Shown here one piece after another: positions 7,914-17,793 of a stretch of DNA of 64,000 bases. The first letter of the stretch is position 1. Each line of letters starts with the position of its first letter. The DNA lies in the NCBI GenBank assembly GCA_964535555.1, contig CAZHUS010000019.1, forward strand, positions 18,555 to 82,554. The letters are read 5' to 3'. A program made the position numbers and the translations under genes. The stretch comes from an uncultured Verrucomicrobiota bacterium (GTDB lineage: Bacteria > Verrucomicrobiota > Verrucomicrobiia > Limisphaerales > J093). Below the pieces are notes generated by a model. That model made no database searches. It was not told the DNA's origin and worked only from the letters and a program-made list of their open reading frames with translations.

Positions 7914-10900
7914 ATGCGCGTTAATCGTTCGGCGTCAATGCTCTCCATGAATCCCGCTCCCGAGTTCGTCCGCCGGAAGCTCGTCTCCCTGGTGCAGCTC
8001 GGCACCGCCTTGTTCCTCCTGCCGGCAACCGGGCGCGCCGAGACCGTGATCAACGAGCTTCACTTCAACCCGGACGTTAAGACGGAAGCCGTGGAGTTCA
8101 TCGAGCTCCACAACACGGCCTCGGAACCGGCGATCCTGACGGGCTGGCGCCTGTCTGACGGCGTGAGCTTCACCTTCCCGGACACGGTGATCCCCCCCGG
8201 AGGGTTCGTCGTGATCGCGGAAAACCCCGCCGCCCTCCAGGCGAAATTCGGCGTCAGCGCGCTGGGACCCTACGACGGGAAGCTTTCAAAGTACGGCGAC
8301 CGCGTCGTTCTCCGCGATCCGGGCGACGCCGTCCGGGATGAGGTCGAGTACGGCCTCGGTTTCCCCTGGCCGACCGTGGGCGATCCACCCGGCTATTCGA
8401 TCGAACTGATCCATCCGGGGCTCGACAACAATCTGGGTGGCAGCTGGCGCGCCTCGGTAACCGGAGGCGGCGTCCAGCCCACCTCGCGAACCCTCCTCGA
8501 GCGCCGCGGCTCGTGGCGGTACGCCAAGGGCGTCGGCGAACCCTCCTCGCCTTCCCCGGCCTGGCGGGATCCTGCCTTCCGCGATGAGGCCTGGGACGCG
8601 GGTGAGCTTCCCATCGGCTACGACCCTGCGCTCGACTTGGGAACGGTCCTGAGCGACATGCGCTACAACTACTCCTCGGTCTTCCTGCGCCGCGCGTTCA
8701 CCGTCGAGGATCCGGGTTCCGTTTCGGCGCTGGACCTCGAGGCCCTTTACGACGACGGCTTCAAGGTCTGGATCAACGGACGCAGCGTGCTGGATGTGAA
8801 CATCAGCGCGGGCGAGGTTGCCTTCGACGGAACGGCCGGTCCGGCGCGCGAGTCCAACGACTACGAGACCTTCGCCATGCCGAACGCGGCGGCGTTCCTC
8901 CAAAGCGGGGCGAATGTCATCGCCATCCAGCTCCACAACAGCTCGCGCGACGCCAGCAGCGATTGCTTCTTCGACTGCCGCCTCGTGGCCCGGTCGGGCC
9001 CGACCGGCCGCGGCCCGACCCCGGGCCGGGTCAATGCCGCGTTCGCCGCCAACGCCCCGCCGCAGGCGAGGCAGATCCAACATGTCCCGCGGGAACCGCG
9101 CAGCGGCGAAGCCGTTCGCATCACCGCGAAAGTCACGGACCCGGACGGCGTCGGGGCCGTGACGCTCCAATATCAACTCGTCGATCCGGGGGCCTACCTT
9201 GAACTGACCGACGCCGAGTACGAAAGCGCATGGACTCCGATGCCCATGCTGGACAATGCGCAGCAAGGAGACGAAGCCGCCGGCGACCAGGTGTTCACCG
9301 CGGTGTTGCCCGGTGATTTGCAGGTTCACCGCCGGTTGATCCGGTACCGGGTCGAGGTCGCCGACACAAGGGGCGCCTCGGTACGACTGCCGTACGCCGA
9401 CGATCCCCAGCCGAACTTCGCGTACTTCGTCTACGACGGCGTCCCCGCCTGGACGGGCGCGGTGCGACCGGGCAGCGCCGGTAACCTGGGTCAGACCTTC
9501 ACCGTGAGCGCGGCCGAGATGAACCGGCTCCCGGTGGTTCACCTGCTCGGGAAGCGGGCCGCGATTGAAGAGTCCACCTGGTTCAGTCGTTACGGGGGCG
9601 ACGCGTATCCCTGGCTCGGCACCCTGGTCTACGACGGACGCGTTTACGATCACATCCGTCACCGGGCCCGGGGCGGCGTCTGGCGCTATTCCATGGTGAA
9701 GAACATGTGGAAGTTCGACCTGAACCGCGGGCACGATTTCGAGGCGCGCGACAACTGGGGACGCAAGTTCGACACGCCCTGGACCAAGCTCAACCTTGGC
9801 GCCTCCATCCAGCAGGGCGACTACAACCATCGCGGCGAACAGGGCATGTTCGAGTCCGTCGGATTCCGGCTCTTTCAGCTGGCGGGCGTGCCGGCGCCGC
9901 ACACGGCCTTCTGTCAGTTGCGCATCATCGACACCCCGGAGGAAGTGGACGCCAGTACGCAATACGAAGGCGACTTCTGGGGCGTGTACCTGATGATCGA
10001 GCAGGAGGACGGACGCTTCCTCGAGGAACACGGACTCGCCGATGCCAATTTCTACAAGATGGAAGGCGGCACCGGTGAGCTCAACAACCTGGGCGCGGCG
10101 GGTCCGGTCAACAAGAGCGACTTGAACGCGTTCCTGAACGTGGTCAACGGCGGCGCCGCGGCCTCGGAAGCGTGGTTCCGCGCGAGCGTGAATCTCCCCG
10201 CGTACTACAGCTACCAGGCCATCGTGCAGGCGATCCACCACTACGACATCTGCTACGACAAGAACTTCTTTTACTACTTCAACCCCACGAACCAGGTCGT
10301 CACCGTCACGCCTTGGGACCTCGACCTGACCTGGGCCGAGAACATGTACGACCCCGGTTGCGGCGGCGTGGATCGCCTCAAATCGCGGATGCTCCCGAAC
10401 GCCTCGCGCTATCCCGCGCTCTGGCGTGAATGGCAGAACCGGATCCGCGAGGTGCGCGACCTGCTCTGGAACGAGGAGGAAGCCTGGCGCCTGATCGACG
10501 AGTACGCCGGCCGGCTTCGGGGCTCCACCAACGCGCCCGGCTTGCTCGATGCGGACCGGGCCCAGTGGGACTACAACCCCAAGATGAACAACAGCGCCTA
10601 CACCCAGAGCCCCGGAAAGGCGGGCCAGGGGCGCTTCTACGCCTGGCCGAACGAGCCTTCCGTCCCCCGCGACTTCCGCGGTGCCGTGCAGTTGATGAAG
10701 AACTACGTGAGCTTCCGCAGCACGAGCCCCGCCGCCCAGGCCCGCGCGCTCGACCTCCTGGCCGCAGACCCGGCCATCCCGGGGACGCCCGAGGTCACCT
10801 ATGCCGGACCCGCCGACTACCCCGTCAACGCCCTGCGCTTTCGCTGCTCGGCTTACAGCGGCAGCGCCTCGTTCGCCTCCATGCAGTGGCGGATCGGTGC

Positions 10901-13019
10901 GGTGGACCGACCGACCGCGCCAAGCTGGCAGTACGCCGAACCGTGGGCGTATGAAATCGAGGCGGTCTGGGAAAGCGGTCTCCTCGCGGCCTTTCAGGAG
11001 GAACTCGCCGTCCCGGCAGGCGTCCTCAAGCCCGGCCGGCTTTACCGCGCCCGGGCAAGGTTCCTGGACGCCACCGGCCGCGCCGGTCACTGGTCGGCCC
11101 CGGTCGAGTTCGTTGCAGGAACACCGGACAACCAGGTTGAACTCAAGCGCTCCCTGCGGCTCACGGAGCTGATGTTCCACCCCCCCGGCGGGAATACGAA
11201 TGAGTTCATCGAACTGCACAATGCGGATCCCGCCGCGACGCTCCGCTTGGATGGCGTCGCCTTCACCGACGGCGTGAACTTCGTCTTCCCACCGGGCGCC
11301 GCCCTCGCTCCGGCGAGCTACGCGCTGGTCGTGAGGGCGGACCCGTCGCGGAATTTCGAAGCTTTTCGCGCGCGTCACGGCATCCCCGAATCGGTGCCGA
11401 TCCACGGCCCCTACACCGGGAGTCTCGCCGATGACGGGGAACAACTGACGCTGAAAGCGGCAACGGGCGGCATCAACCTGGTCTCCTTCCGCTACCGGGA
11501 CGACGGCACCTGGCCGCTTGCCGCCGATGGTGCCGGCCATTCGCTGGTGCCTCGCTCCGATTTCGGCGAAGACAGCACCGGCCGGCTCGACTTCGGCGGT
11601 AACTGGCGTGCCAGCGCTTTCATCGGCGGATCACCCGGCGCGCCTGACCCGGAGCCAACCGACTGCGTCGTCCTGAACGAGATCGCTTCCCACACCGATT
11701 TCACCGGGGAGTTCGACTCCAACGACTGGATTGAACTCTACAACCCGGCCGAAGTCCCGGTCTCGCTCGCGGACGCCTGGTTCCTGAGCGACAGCGCCGA
11801 CGACCTTCGCAAGTGGCGGATTCCACCGGCAACCACGATCTCGGCGCGGGCATTCCGGAGCTTCGACGAGATCACCGGCTTTCACCACCCGACGAACACC
11901 GGGTTCGGAATCGACAAGGCCGGCGAACGTCTCTTCCTGAGTCACCTCCCGGGAAATGGAGCGGACCGTGTCGTGGATGCGGTGGAGCTTGCGGGCCAGG
12001 AGAACGGATGGGCCATGGCGCGGGTGCCCGATGGCGGCGTCTGGGACTACATCAACCCGAGAACGCGAGATGGGGCCGCGGTGCCCCTGGCGGGACGCGT
12101 GGTGATCAGCGAGTTCGTGTACCACACCGGTTTCGCCACGAACCTCGCCGATCCGGCCCAGCTCGAGTTCGTCGAGCTTCACAACGCGGCGGCGGGGCCT
12201 GCCCGGCTGGACGACACCCACGGGGTGTGGAGGCTCGGCGGCGGAATCAGCTTCGCGTTCGCGGCCGGGACGATCCTGCCGGCGGATGGACGCCTGGTGG
12301 TGGTCCCGTTTCCTCCGACCGACGCAACCCGGGTTGCCGCGTTTCGTGCCAGCTACCAGATCGGCTCAGTCGTCCGGCTGTTTGGTCCCTTCACCGGTCA
12401 GCTCGACAACGACACCGACCGCATCACGCTGGAACGTCCGCTCGCTCCGGATCTGCCCGGCGAGACCACCGGCACCGTGGTCGCGGACGAGGTTATCTAC
12501 TTCGATCAACCGCCCTGGCCGGGCAACGCGGACGGCAACGGGAACGGCTACACCCGACGCTTCGCTTCGCGACCCGGGAACGATCCCGCCAACTGGATGG
12601 CGACCACGCCATCGCCCGGCTCGGCGCCATCGCCTTCGACGCAGGACAGCGACGAGGATGGCATGCCCGATTTCTGGGAGCAGGCCCACGGCCTGGATCC
12701 CGCGGAAGCGGCGGATGCCGCCGCCGACCCGGACCGGGACGGCTTGACGAACCTGGAGGAGTTCCGTGCAGGTCAAGACCCGCACGAACACTCGGTGCGG
12801 CTGGTCGTGGCGGTACGGGACGGAGCGCTTGAATTCACCTTCCTCGCGCCCGCGGGACGAAGCACCGGTTTGGAAGCGTCGCCGACTGCGGACTCGGGCG
12901 ACTGGCTGCCGGTGTCGTCGACGGTCCTTGCGGCACAGGCAAGCACCGCGCCTCGCACGGTCCGGGTGGCGCCGCCGCCCGGTGCCTCGGCGTCCTTCTA
13001 CCGCGTCGGAATCTGGTGA
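7914..13019 (+). CDS. Secreted giant CotH-kinase-family protein with four lamin-tail domains (LTD) and TSP3-like repeats
   Basis: Signal peptide (LFLLPATGRAETVINE). LTD motifs (INE.H.NP..EFIELHN, LTELMFHPPG..NEFIELHN, LNEIASH..DWIELYN, ISEFVYH..EFVELHN). CotH core (YSMVKNMWKFDL..YEGDFWGVYLMIEQEDGRFLEEHGL). Start could be 7938 or 7947. Confidence 0.88.
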   Translation: MRVNRSASMLSMNPAPEFVRRKLVSLVQLGTALFLLPATGRAETVINELHFNPDVKTEAVEFIELHNTASEPAILTGWRLSDGVSFTFPDTVIPPGGFVVIAENPAALQAKFGVSALGPYDGKLSKYGDRVVLRDPGDAVRDEVEYGLGFPWPTVGDPPGYSIELIHPGLDNNLGGSWRASVTGGGVQPTSRTLLERRGSWRYAKGVGEPSSPSPAWRDPAFRDEAWDAGELPIGYDPALDLGTVLSDMRYNYSSVFLRRAFTVEDPGSVSALDLEALYDDGFKVWINGRSVLDVNISAGEVAFDGTAGPARESNDYETFAMPNAAAFLQSGANVIAIQLHNSSRDASSDCFFDCRLVARSGPTGRGPTPGRVNAAFAANAPPQARQIQHVPREPRSGEAVRITAKVTDPDGVGAVTLQYQLVDPGAYLELTDAEYESAWTPMPMLDNAQQGDEAAGDQVFTAVLPGDLQVHRRLIRYRVEVADTRGASVRLPYADDPQPNFAYFVYDGVPAWTGAVRPGSAGNLGQTFTVSAAEMNRLPVVHLLGKRAAIEESTWFSRYGGDAYPWLGTLVYDGRVYDHIRHRARGGVWRYSMVKNMWKFDLNRGHDFEARDNWGRKFDTPWTKLNLGASIQQGDYNHRGEQGMFESVGFRLFQLAGVPAPHTAFCQLRIIDTPEEVDASTQYEGDFWGVYLMIEQEDGRFLEEHGLADANFYKMEGGTGELNNLGAAGPVNKSDLNAFLNVVNGGAAASEAWFRASVNLPAYYSYQAIVQAIHHYDICYDKNFFYYFNPTNQVVTVTPWDLDLTWAENMYDPGCGGVDRLKSRMLPNASRYPALWREWQNRIREVRDLLWNEEEAWRLIDEYAGRLRGSTNAPGLLDADRAQWDYNPKMNNSAYTQSPGKAGQGRFYAWPNEPSVPRDFRGAVQLMKNYVSFRSTSPAAQARALDLLAADPAIPGTPEVTYAGPADYPVNALRFRCSAYSGSASFASMQWRIGAVDRPTAPSWQYAEPWAYEIEAVWESGLLAAFQEELAVPAGVLKPGRLYRARARFLDATGRAGHWSAPVEFVAGTPDNQVELKRSLRLTELMFHPPGGNTNEFIELHNADPAATLRLDGVAFTDGVNFVFPPGAALAPASYALVVRADPSRNFEAFRARHGIPESVPIHGPYTGSLADDGEQLTLKAATGGINLVSFRYRDDGTWPLAADGAGHSLVPRSDFGEDSTGRLDFGGNWRASAFIGGSPGAPDPEPTDCVVLNEIASHTDFTGEFDSNDWIELYNPAEVPVSLADAWFLSDSADDLRKWRIPPATTISARAFRSFDEITGFHHPTNTGFGIDKAGERLFLSHLPGNGADRVVDAVELAGQENGWAMARVPDGGVWDYINPRTRDGAAVPLAGRVVISEFVYHTGFATNLADPAQLEFVELHNAAAGPARLDDTHGVWRLGGGISFAFAAGTILPADGRLVVVPFPPTDATRVAAFRASYQIGSVVRLFGPFTGQLDNDTDRITLERPLAPDLPGETTGTVVADEVIYFDQPPWPGNADGNGNGYTRRFASRPGNDPANWMATTPSPGSAPSPSTQDSDEDGMPDFWEQAHGLDPAEAADAAADPDRDGLTNLEEFRAGQDPHEHSVRLVVAVRDGALEFTFLAPAGRSTGLEASPTADSGDWLPVSSTVLAAQASTAPRTVRVAPPPGASASFYRVGIW

Positions 13020-13187
13020 TCGCGGAATTCGAGCACGGTGTTGGCGACGGCCGCGCTTCGCTGATCTCAGCACCGGCGTGAGTCGGTTGGGGGTTCGATT
13101 GCCATCCAATGCGCGGTGGACTCCGCGACGCCGGCTTGATCCTGCCCCCGAGTTTTCCGGGGCCTGGCCCGTGTCCTCGCCGGCGAC

Positions 13188-15449
13188 TCAGAAGGTGTAG
13201 GTGAGCTTCGTCAGGATGCTTTGCTGGGTGCCATCGCCTTCGTTCACGTCGTTGTAGGCCAGATAGAGGTACGTGTTGTACTTGAGCTTCCAGGTGTAGA
13301 TCACGCTGTAGTTGTGCAACGCGTCGGGCCGGTTCTGGATCGAGGCCTTCACCCACATATCCCGGGTGATGTAAAGGTCGGCCACGAAGCGGTTGAGCCA
13401 GACGGTGTCCGAACTGCCGTCCGGCTGGTCTTCGAACCGCACCACCAACTCATGCCGGAGGGGGAGTTTCTCCCAGAACTTCCACCGCTTGGCCCCGATC
13501 ACCTCCTGGTAATCCGTATCCTCGAACTGGCCGAGTGCGTAGGTGAGGTTCACCGCCTTGAAGTACTGGGAGGCCCAGAGGTCCACGCCCAGGGCATAAC
13601 GCTCATTGTAATAGGTCGTGTAGTCGGAAGGGTCGTCGTCGTCCGGGAGGTGACGGTACTCGTTGAGGTAGGTCAGCCTGACCCCGAGGTCGTTGCGAAA
13701 CACCACGTTGCTGAACAGATCGTAGTCGCGGATCGTGTTCACGCCCGCTTCGTTCTCTAGCCAGCGCGGCGCGGTGCTGCACAGGATCTGCTTGTACCAG
13801 CCCTCCCCCGAACGCTTGTCGTACATGCCCAGGAAACCCGGCCCGAAGATGTCGCGCCGGGGAATATAGCCGAGCACGGGGTTGAACTCGGACGTGATCG
13901 CCGTGTAGCCCCACTGGAACGTCCACGGGTAGAGCGAGTAGATCAGCGCGACATTGCCGAGGAAATCGGTGGTATCGCGGTCCAGATCCTGCGTGGAGTC
14001 CTCGAGGTCCTCGTCGGCCGCCGCACCCTGGAACTGCACGCGCCAGGCATCGTTCAGAAAGAAATAACCGTCGGCGCTTCCGGTGTAGGCGTGACCCTCG
14101 TTCAGATGAGAGGCGCTGGCATAGTAGCCCAGGTAGGACCGCTCGCCGATGTCCTGGTTCAGTTTGATCACGCCGGAATTGCCGGAGTAATCGTAGTCGT
14201 GGGTGACCTCCCCGAAGACATCCATAACGTTGAAACTGAAACCGGGGATCAGTCCGGTGGCCTTGGCCGCGACATCGATGTCCGTGAAGCGGCGGCTGTA
14301 GTACACCCGGTGCGGCTGCCGCATCAGTTCCTCGCCCTCGCGGAAGAACAGCCGCTTTTCCGGCAGGAACCGCTCGGTGTCCCGCAGCTCGATCGAATCG
14401 TCGTCGGCCTCGAGATGGCCGTAGTCCGGCAGGATCGTCCAGGCCGTCGTGATCGCGGGATTGATGCGGAAACTGAAATCGGCCCCCGCCTTGGGCACGA
14501 CCTCGGTCTTGCCGTTGAAATCCACCCGTGCGCTGACGTAGGGCGTGAATTCCCAGTTCCGGTTGAACTGGCTGTCCTTGAGGTCCAGGTCGGTGAGGTG
14601 GCCGAAGTGGCGCGGTTTGTACATGTCCGTCGCGCTGTAACTCCAGAAGCTCGTGACGTCCGTGCGGCGCTGCATGCGGGTGATGTTGAATCCCCAGCGT
14701 TCGTCATCCCGGCGGAAGTAGTTCATCACCGTGAGCGGTATCTTCATCTCGAACGTCCAGCGATCGGCGAGCATCTTCGCCGCGCAATCCCAGTCGGCGG
14801 ACCAGCCGTAATTGAAGACGCCCGAGGGTCCCTCGTTGGCGTCCGCCTTGGTCCCGAGCGGATTTGTGAAGAAGGCGTATTTCCCGCGATGGTTGTGGGG
14901 CGGGTCGAAGTGGACCTCGACCCAGTCGTCGGCCACGAACGGCCGGTCTTCGTGCTGTTCGACGGCGCGGATCTTGGACATGTCCGAGTCCAGGCACTCC
15001 ACTGACAAATAAAGGTGGGTGCGCGTGTAGGCCACCCGAATGAGCGTCTGTTCCCCGGCTTCCTTGCCCGTGCGGGTGTCGATCAGGCCCGTGCCAACGC
15101 CGCACTGGGCCCAAAACGGTTCGTCCAGCACTCCGTCCACCTTCAACTCCGCCTCGACACGCAGGCCGGGTACTTCGGGCACGGGCGCCTCGGGACTCGA
15201 GTGTGGCAGGACGGAAGTTGCCCACAGCAGGGCGACCGCACCGATCCCCCCGCGGATTCCCGCGCCGATTTGACCGCCGGCCTTCGCCGGCACTCCGCCG
15301 CGCGGTGAACTTCCGGAGGTCCCGGCGGTACGCCCTTGCCGAGCCGGACGGAATGGCGGCTCCAAAGCCGCGGCCGCCATCTTCCTCCGCCTCGTTTCCC
15401 CGGCAGGACCGCCCGGTTTCCTGCCCGCCCGGAGTGAAAATCTCATCAC
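13188..15449 (-). CDS. CBM9-like plus DUF5916 domain protein (probable outer-membrane/hydrolase-like)
   Basis: VDGVLDEPFW...LYLSVECLD...DDWVEVHFDPPHNHRGKYAFFTNPLGTKADA matches the CBM9/DUF5916 pattern. Beta-rich C-terminus ends in YTF. Start is uncertain. Confidence 0.75.
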   Translation of the reverse strand: MMRFSLRAGRKPGGPAGETRRRKMAAAALEPPFRPARQGRTAGTSGSSPRGGVPAKAGGQIGAGIRGGIGAVALLWATSVLPHSSPEAPVPEVPGLRVEAELKVDGVLDEPFWAQCGVGTGLIDTRTGKEAGEQTLIRVAYTRTHLYLSVECLDSDMSKIRAVEQHEDRPFVADDWVEVHFDPPHNHRGKYAFFTNPLGTKADANEGPSGVFNYGWSADWDCAAKMLADRWTFEMKIPLTVMNYFRRDDERWGFNITRMQRRTDVTSFWSYSATDMYKPRHFGHLTDLDLKDSQFNRNWEFTPYVSARVDFNGKTEVVPKAGADFSFRINPAITTAWTILPDYGHLEADDDSIELRDTERFLPEKRLFFREGEELMRQPHRVYYSRRFTDIDVAAKATGLIPGFSFNVMDVFGEVTHDYDYSGNSGVIKLNQDIGERSYLGYYASASHLNEGHAYTGSADGYFFLNDAWRVQFQGAAADEDLEDSTQDLDRDTTDFLGNVALIYSLYPWTFQWGYTAITSEFNPVLGYIPRRDIFGPGFLGMYDKRSGEGWYKQILCSTAPRWLENEAGVNTIRDYDLFSNVVFRNDLGVRLTYLNEYRHLPDDDDPSDYTTYYNERYALGVDLWASQYFKAVNLTYALGQFEDTDYQEVIGAKRWKFWEKLPLRHELVVRFEDQPDGSSDTVWLNRFVADLYITRDMWVKASIQNRPDALHNYSVIYTWKLKYNTYLYLAYNDVNEGDGTQQSILTKLTYTF

Positions 15450-15587
15450 AGGAATGGCGGCAGACTACCGGTACGCACGCTGAGTGTCATGGGCGCGGAG
15501 GCTGGCCGCTCGGCGCTGCCGGGACGTTGACCCGCGTCAAACCCGCCTCGGGTCAGTCCACCGGCGGCGGCTCCCCGGAGTCGAGAG

Positions 15588-16865
15588 CTACACCGCCCAG
15601 GCAGGCGGATTCTTCAGCCGGAAAAGAGTCTCTCCCGCCTTCGGCACCAGGAACACGCCCTCGTCTTCGCGGTCCGCGAAATCCGGGAGGCGGAGGCTGG
15701 CGGGATCGCGGTAGCCCAAATTCACCGCGCGACACCGGGCTTCGGAGATCTGCGTGGCGAGCGTGACCCGAACGCGCGGCACTTCGACCCCGTTCTGAAA
15801 AGTTCCCAGCCCGTGAACATGCGTCGAATGCGCCAGCACGCCCCAAGGCTTCTCCTTGAACCGGTCCCACTGCGCGAGGAAGTAATCCCGACCATGGTAG
15901 CCCACTTCCTCGATCAAGCGGCCGTGCGTCACGCTGAACTCCGTGATGTGCGGCGCGTAAATGATCAGCTCGCCGCCGTCCGCGACCACCGGCTCGAGCT
16001 TGTACATGCACTTGCCCGCGGTCCAGATCTCGTCGTACATCGCGGGGGCGCAGGCCAGCACCGTGTGGTACGGACGCTCTTTGTACACGATGTGCGTCTC
16101 CCGCGAAACCTCGCTGGCCGCGTCCCACGCCGATTCCGGGGTGCCGCTGAAGATGCCCACCAGGGCGCCCTTGGGCTCGACCACCAGCGCGAGGCACGAC
16201 TTCGGCACCGGCACCAGCGCCCCGGCCCGATCGACGACCTTCCGCACCGGCGTCCACTTGTTCCCGATGATCCGGGGTGTGGTGATGACGGCCCCCAGCC
16301 AGTGGAAGAAGTTGAGGATCTTCGGCCCGCCGACACCAGGAAAGAGGTACTTGTTGCCGCCGGAGAACCCGACGACCTCGTGGGGAAAAACGGGCCCGAT
16401 GATGATCACGTGATCGTAGTCGAAGAGCAGCCGGTTCACCTCCACCGGGACTTCCAGGGCGAATCGACCGCCCGTCAGCTCACGCGTTTCCTCCGTGGAC
16501 AACGTGCCCACCTCCCGCAGGGCCGCGGGATCATCCCACGCGTGATTGAAGAAGCGCACGCGGCGGAAGCGATCGCGGCGCTCAGCCTCGGTGAGGTCAA
16601 GGCGCCGGCAGATCGCGGCTTCGCTCATCGGCTGGTGCGTGCCCAGCGCCACAAGGACATCCAACGCCCTCGCCGTCCCGCCGATCTCGTCGAAGAGGGC
16701 CTTGAAAACCAATCCCACCGGCGCCGTCCGCGTTCCGTCCGGAATGATCACGAGAACCCGCTGCCCGGGCGCGTCGCCACGGGGAAATGCGCGCGCGACG
16801 AACTCCGTCACCTCGGAGTCCTTGAGGGTGGTGCCGTGCGGCGCGGTCAGGCCGGCGTTTTGCAT
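15588..16865 (-). CDS. LarA-like (lactate racemase N-terminal domain / DUF2088) protein
   Basis: VLVIIPDGTRTAP, ALGTHQPM and GGNKYLFPG are typical of LarA-family proteins. ATG 16865 lies 4 nt after the SDR stop; an alternative GTG is at 16895. Confidence 0.7.
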   Translation of the reverse strand: MQNAGLTAPHGTTLKDSEVTEFVARAFPRGDAPGQRVLVIIPDGTRTAPVGLVFKALFDEIGGTARALDVLVALGTHQPMSEAAICRRLDLTEAERRDRFRRVRFFNHAWDDPAALREVGTLSTEETRELTGGRFALEVPVEVNRLLFDYDHVIIIGPVFPHEVVGFSGGNKYLFPGVGGPKILNFFHWLGAVITTPRIIGNKWTPVRKVVDRAGALVPVPKSCLALVVEPKGALVGIFSGTPESAWDAASEVSRETHIVYKERPYHTVLACAPAMYDEIWTAGKCMYKLEPVVADGGELIIYAPHITEFSVTHGRLIEEVGYHGRDYFLAQWDRFKEKPWGVLAHSTHVHGLGTFQNGVEVPRVRVTLATQISEARCRAVNLGYRDPASLRLPDFADREDEGVFLVPKAGETLFRLKNPPAWAV

Positions 16866-16869
16866 GGGA

Positions 16870-17679
16870 TCAAATCGTCTGGCAAAGGAACCCACCGTCG
16901 ACGCGGATGTCCGCGCCGGTCACAAAGCTGCTGGCCCGCGGACTGGCGAGGAACACCGCCGCTCCGACCAACTCCTGCGCTTCGCCAAAACGGCCCATCG
17001 GTGTATGGCCCCAGATCTGGCGGGTGCGCTCCGTGGGCGAGCCATCGTCGTTGAAGAGCAGTTTCCGGTTCTGTCCCGCCGGGAAGAAGCCGGGCGTGAT
17101 GGTGTTGACGCGCACGCCCCGGGTAGCCCATTCGCGAGCCAGGAACTGCGAGAGATTCAGCACCGCAGCCTTCGCGGCCGAGTAGCTGACCACCCGCGAG
17201 AGCGGCAGATGCGCCGAGACGCTGGCAATGTTGATGATGCTGCCTTTCCCACGCGCCGCCATCCCCGCTCCGATGAGCTGGCACGGCAGCAGGGCCCCTC
17301 CGACGAGGTTCAAGTTGTAGTTGGCCATCCAGGCCTCGAGCGGGATCTGGTCAAACGCACGCTCTGCCGAAACGGTGACCTTCGGATCATTGCCGCCGGC
17401 GCAGTTTACCAAAACCGTCGGCGCTCCCAAGCTGCCCTCGATGGCGGAGCCGGCCTCGCGCAGCGACGCTCCCTCGGTGGCGCTGGCTTTGAAAAAACCG
17501 GCCTTGTGGCCCTGAGTCCGGATCGAGTCCGCCCGTCTCTCGCCAGCGTCCGGGAAGAGATCCACAACGGCCACCGCCGCGCCGGCCGCCGCCAGCCCCT
17601 CGGCTATGGCTCCCCCCAAAACACCGCCCGCTCCGATCACGACGGCAACTTCACCTGCCAGATCAAACAGTTGTGACAT
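16870..17679 (-). CDS. Short-chain dehydrogenase/reductase (SDR)
   Basis: Contains the VIGAGGVLGG Rossmann motif, NCAGG and YSAAKAA (catalytic YxxxK). Confidence 0.88.
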   Translation of the reverse strand: MSQLFDLAGEVAVVIGAGGVLGGAIAEGLAAAGAAVAVVDLFPDAGERRADSIRTQGHKAGFFKASATEGASLREAGSAIEGSLGAPTVLVNCAGGNDPKVTVSAERAFDQIPLEAWMANYNLNLVGGALLPCQLIGAGMAARGKGSIINIASVSAHLPLSRVVSYSAAKAAVLNLSQFLAREWATRGVRVNTITPGFFPAGQNRKLLFNDDGSPTERTRQIWGHTPMGRFGEAQELVGAAVFLASPRASSFVTGADIRVDGGFLCQTI

Positions 17680-17793
17680 GGTTCGTGCGCCGATTCTGCA
17701 TAGCGGCCTGCCCCAGGCAAGCGGGCACGCTGGGCACGCCGAATTCGCCGCACCGGAAACGGCGCGCTCTCCCTTGTCGTCGGTGGCTCGGGG

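Noticed and set aside
8286-11540. 1084-aa ORF on the minus strand opposite the CotH gene. Similar long antisense ORFs are at 4915-7368, 24019-26433, 33228-35276, 36232-37731, 42186-42770, 55071-57155 and 58446-60662.
   Set aside because: Each lies antisense to a gene with clear family motifs. Their translations are Arg/Gly/Pro/Ala-rich with no recognisable domains. Stop-poor antisense frames are expected in high-GC DNA.
13092-13103. ggttcgattgcc, a tRNA T-arm-like string in the CotH/DUF5916 spacer.
   Set aside because: The flanks do not form T-stem, acceptor or anticodon arms, so there is no tRNA.
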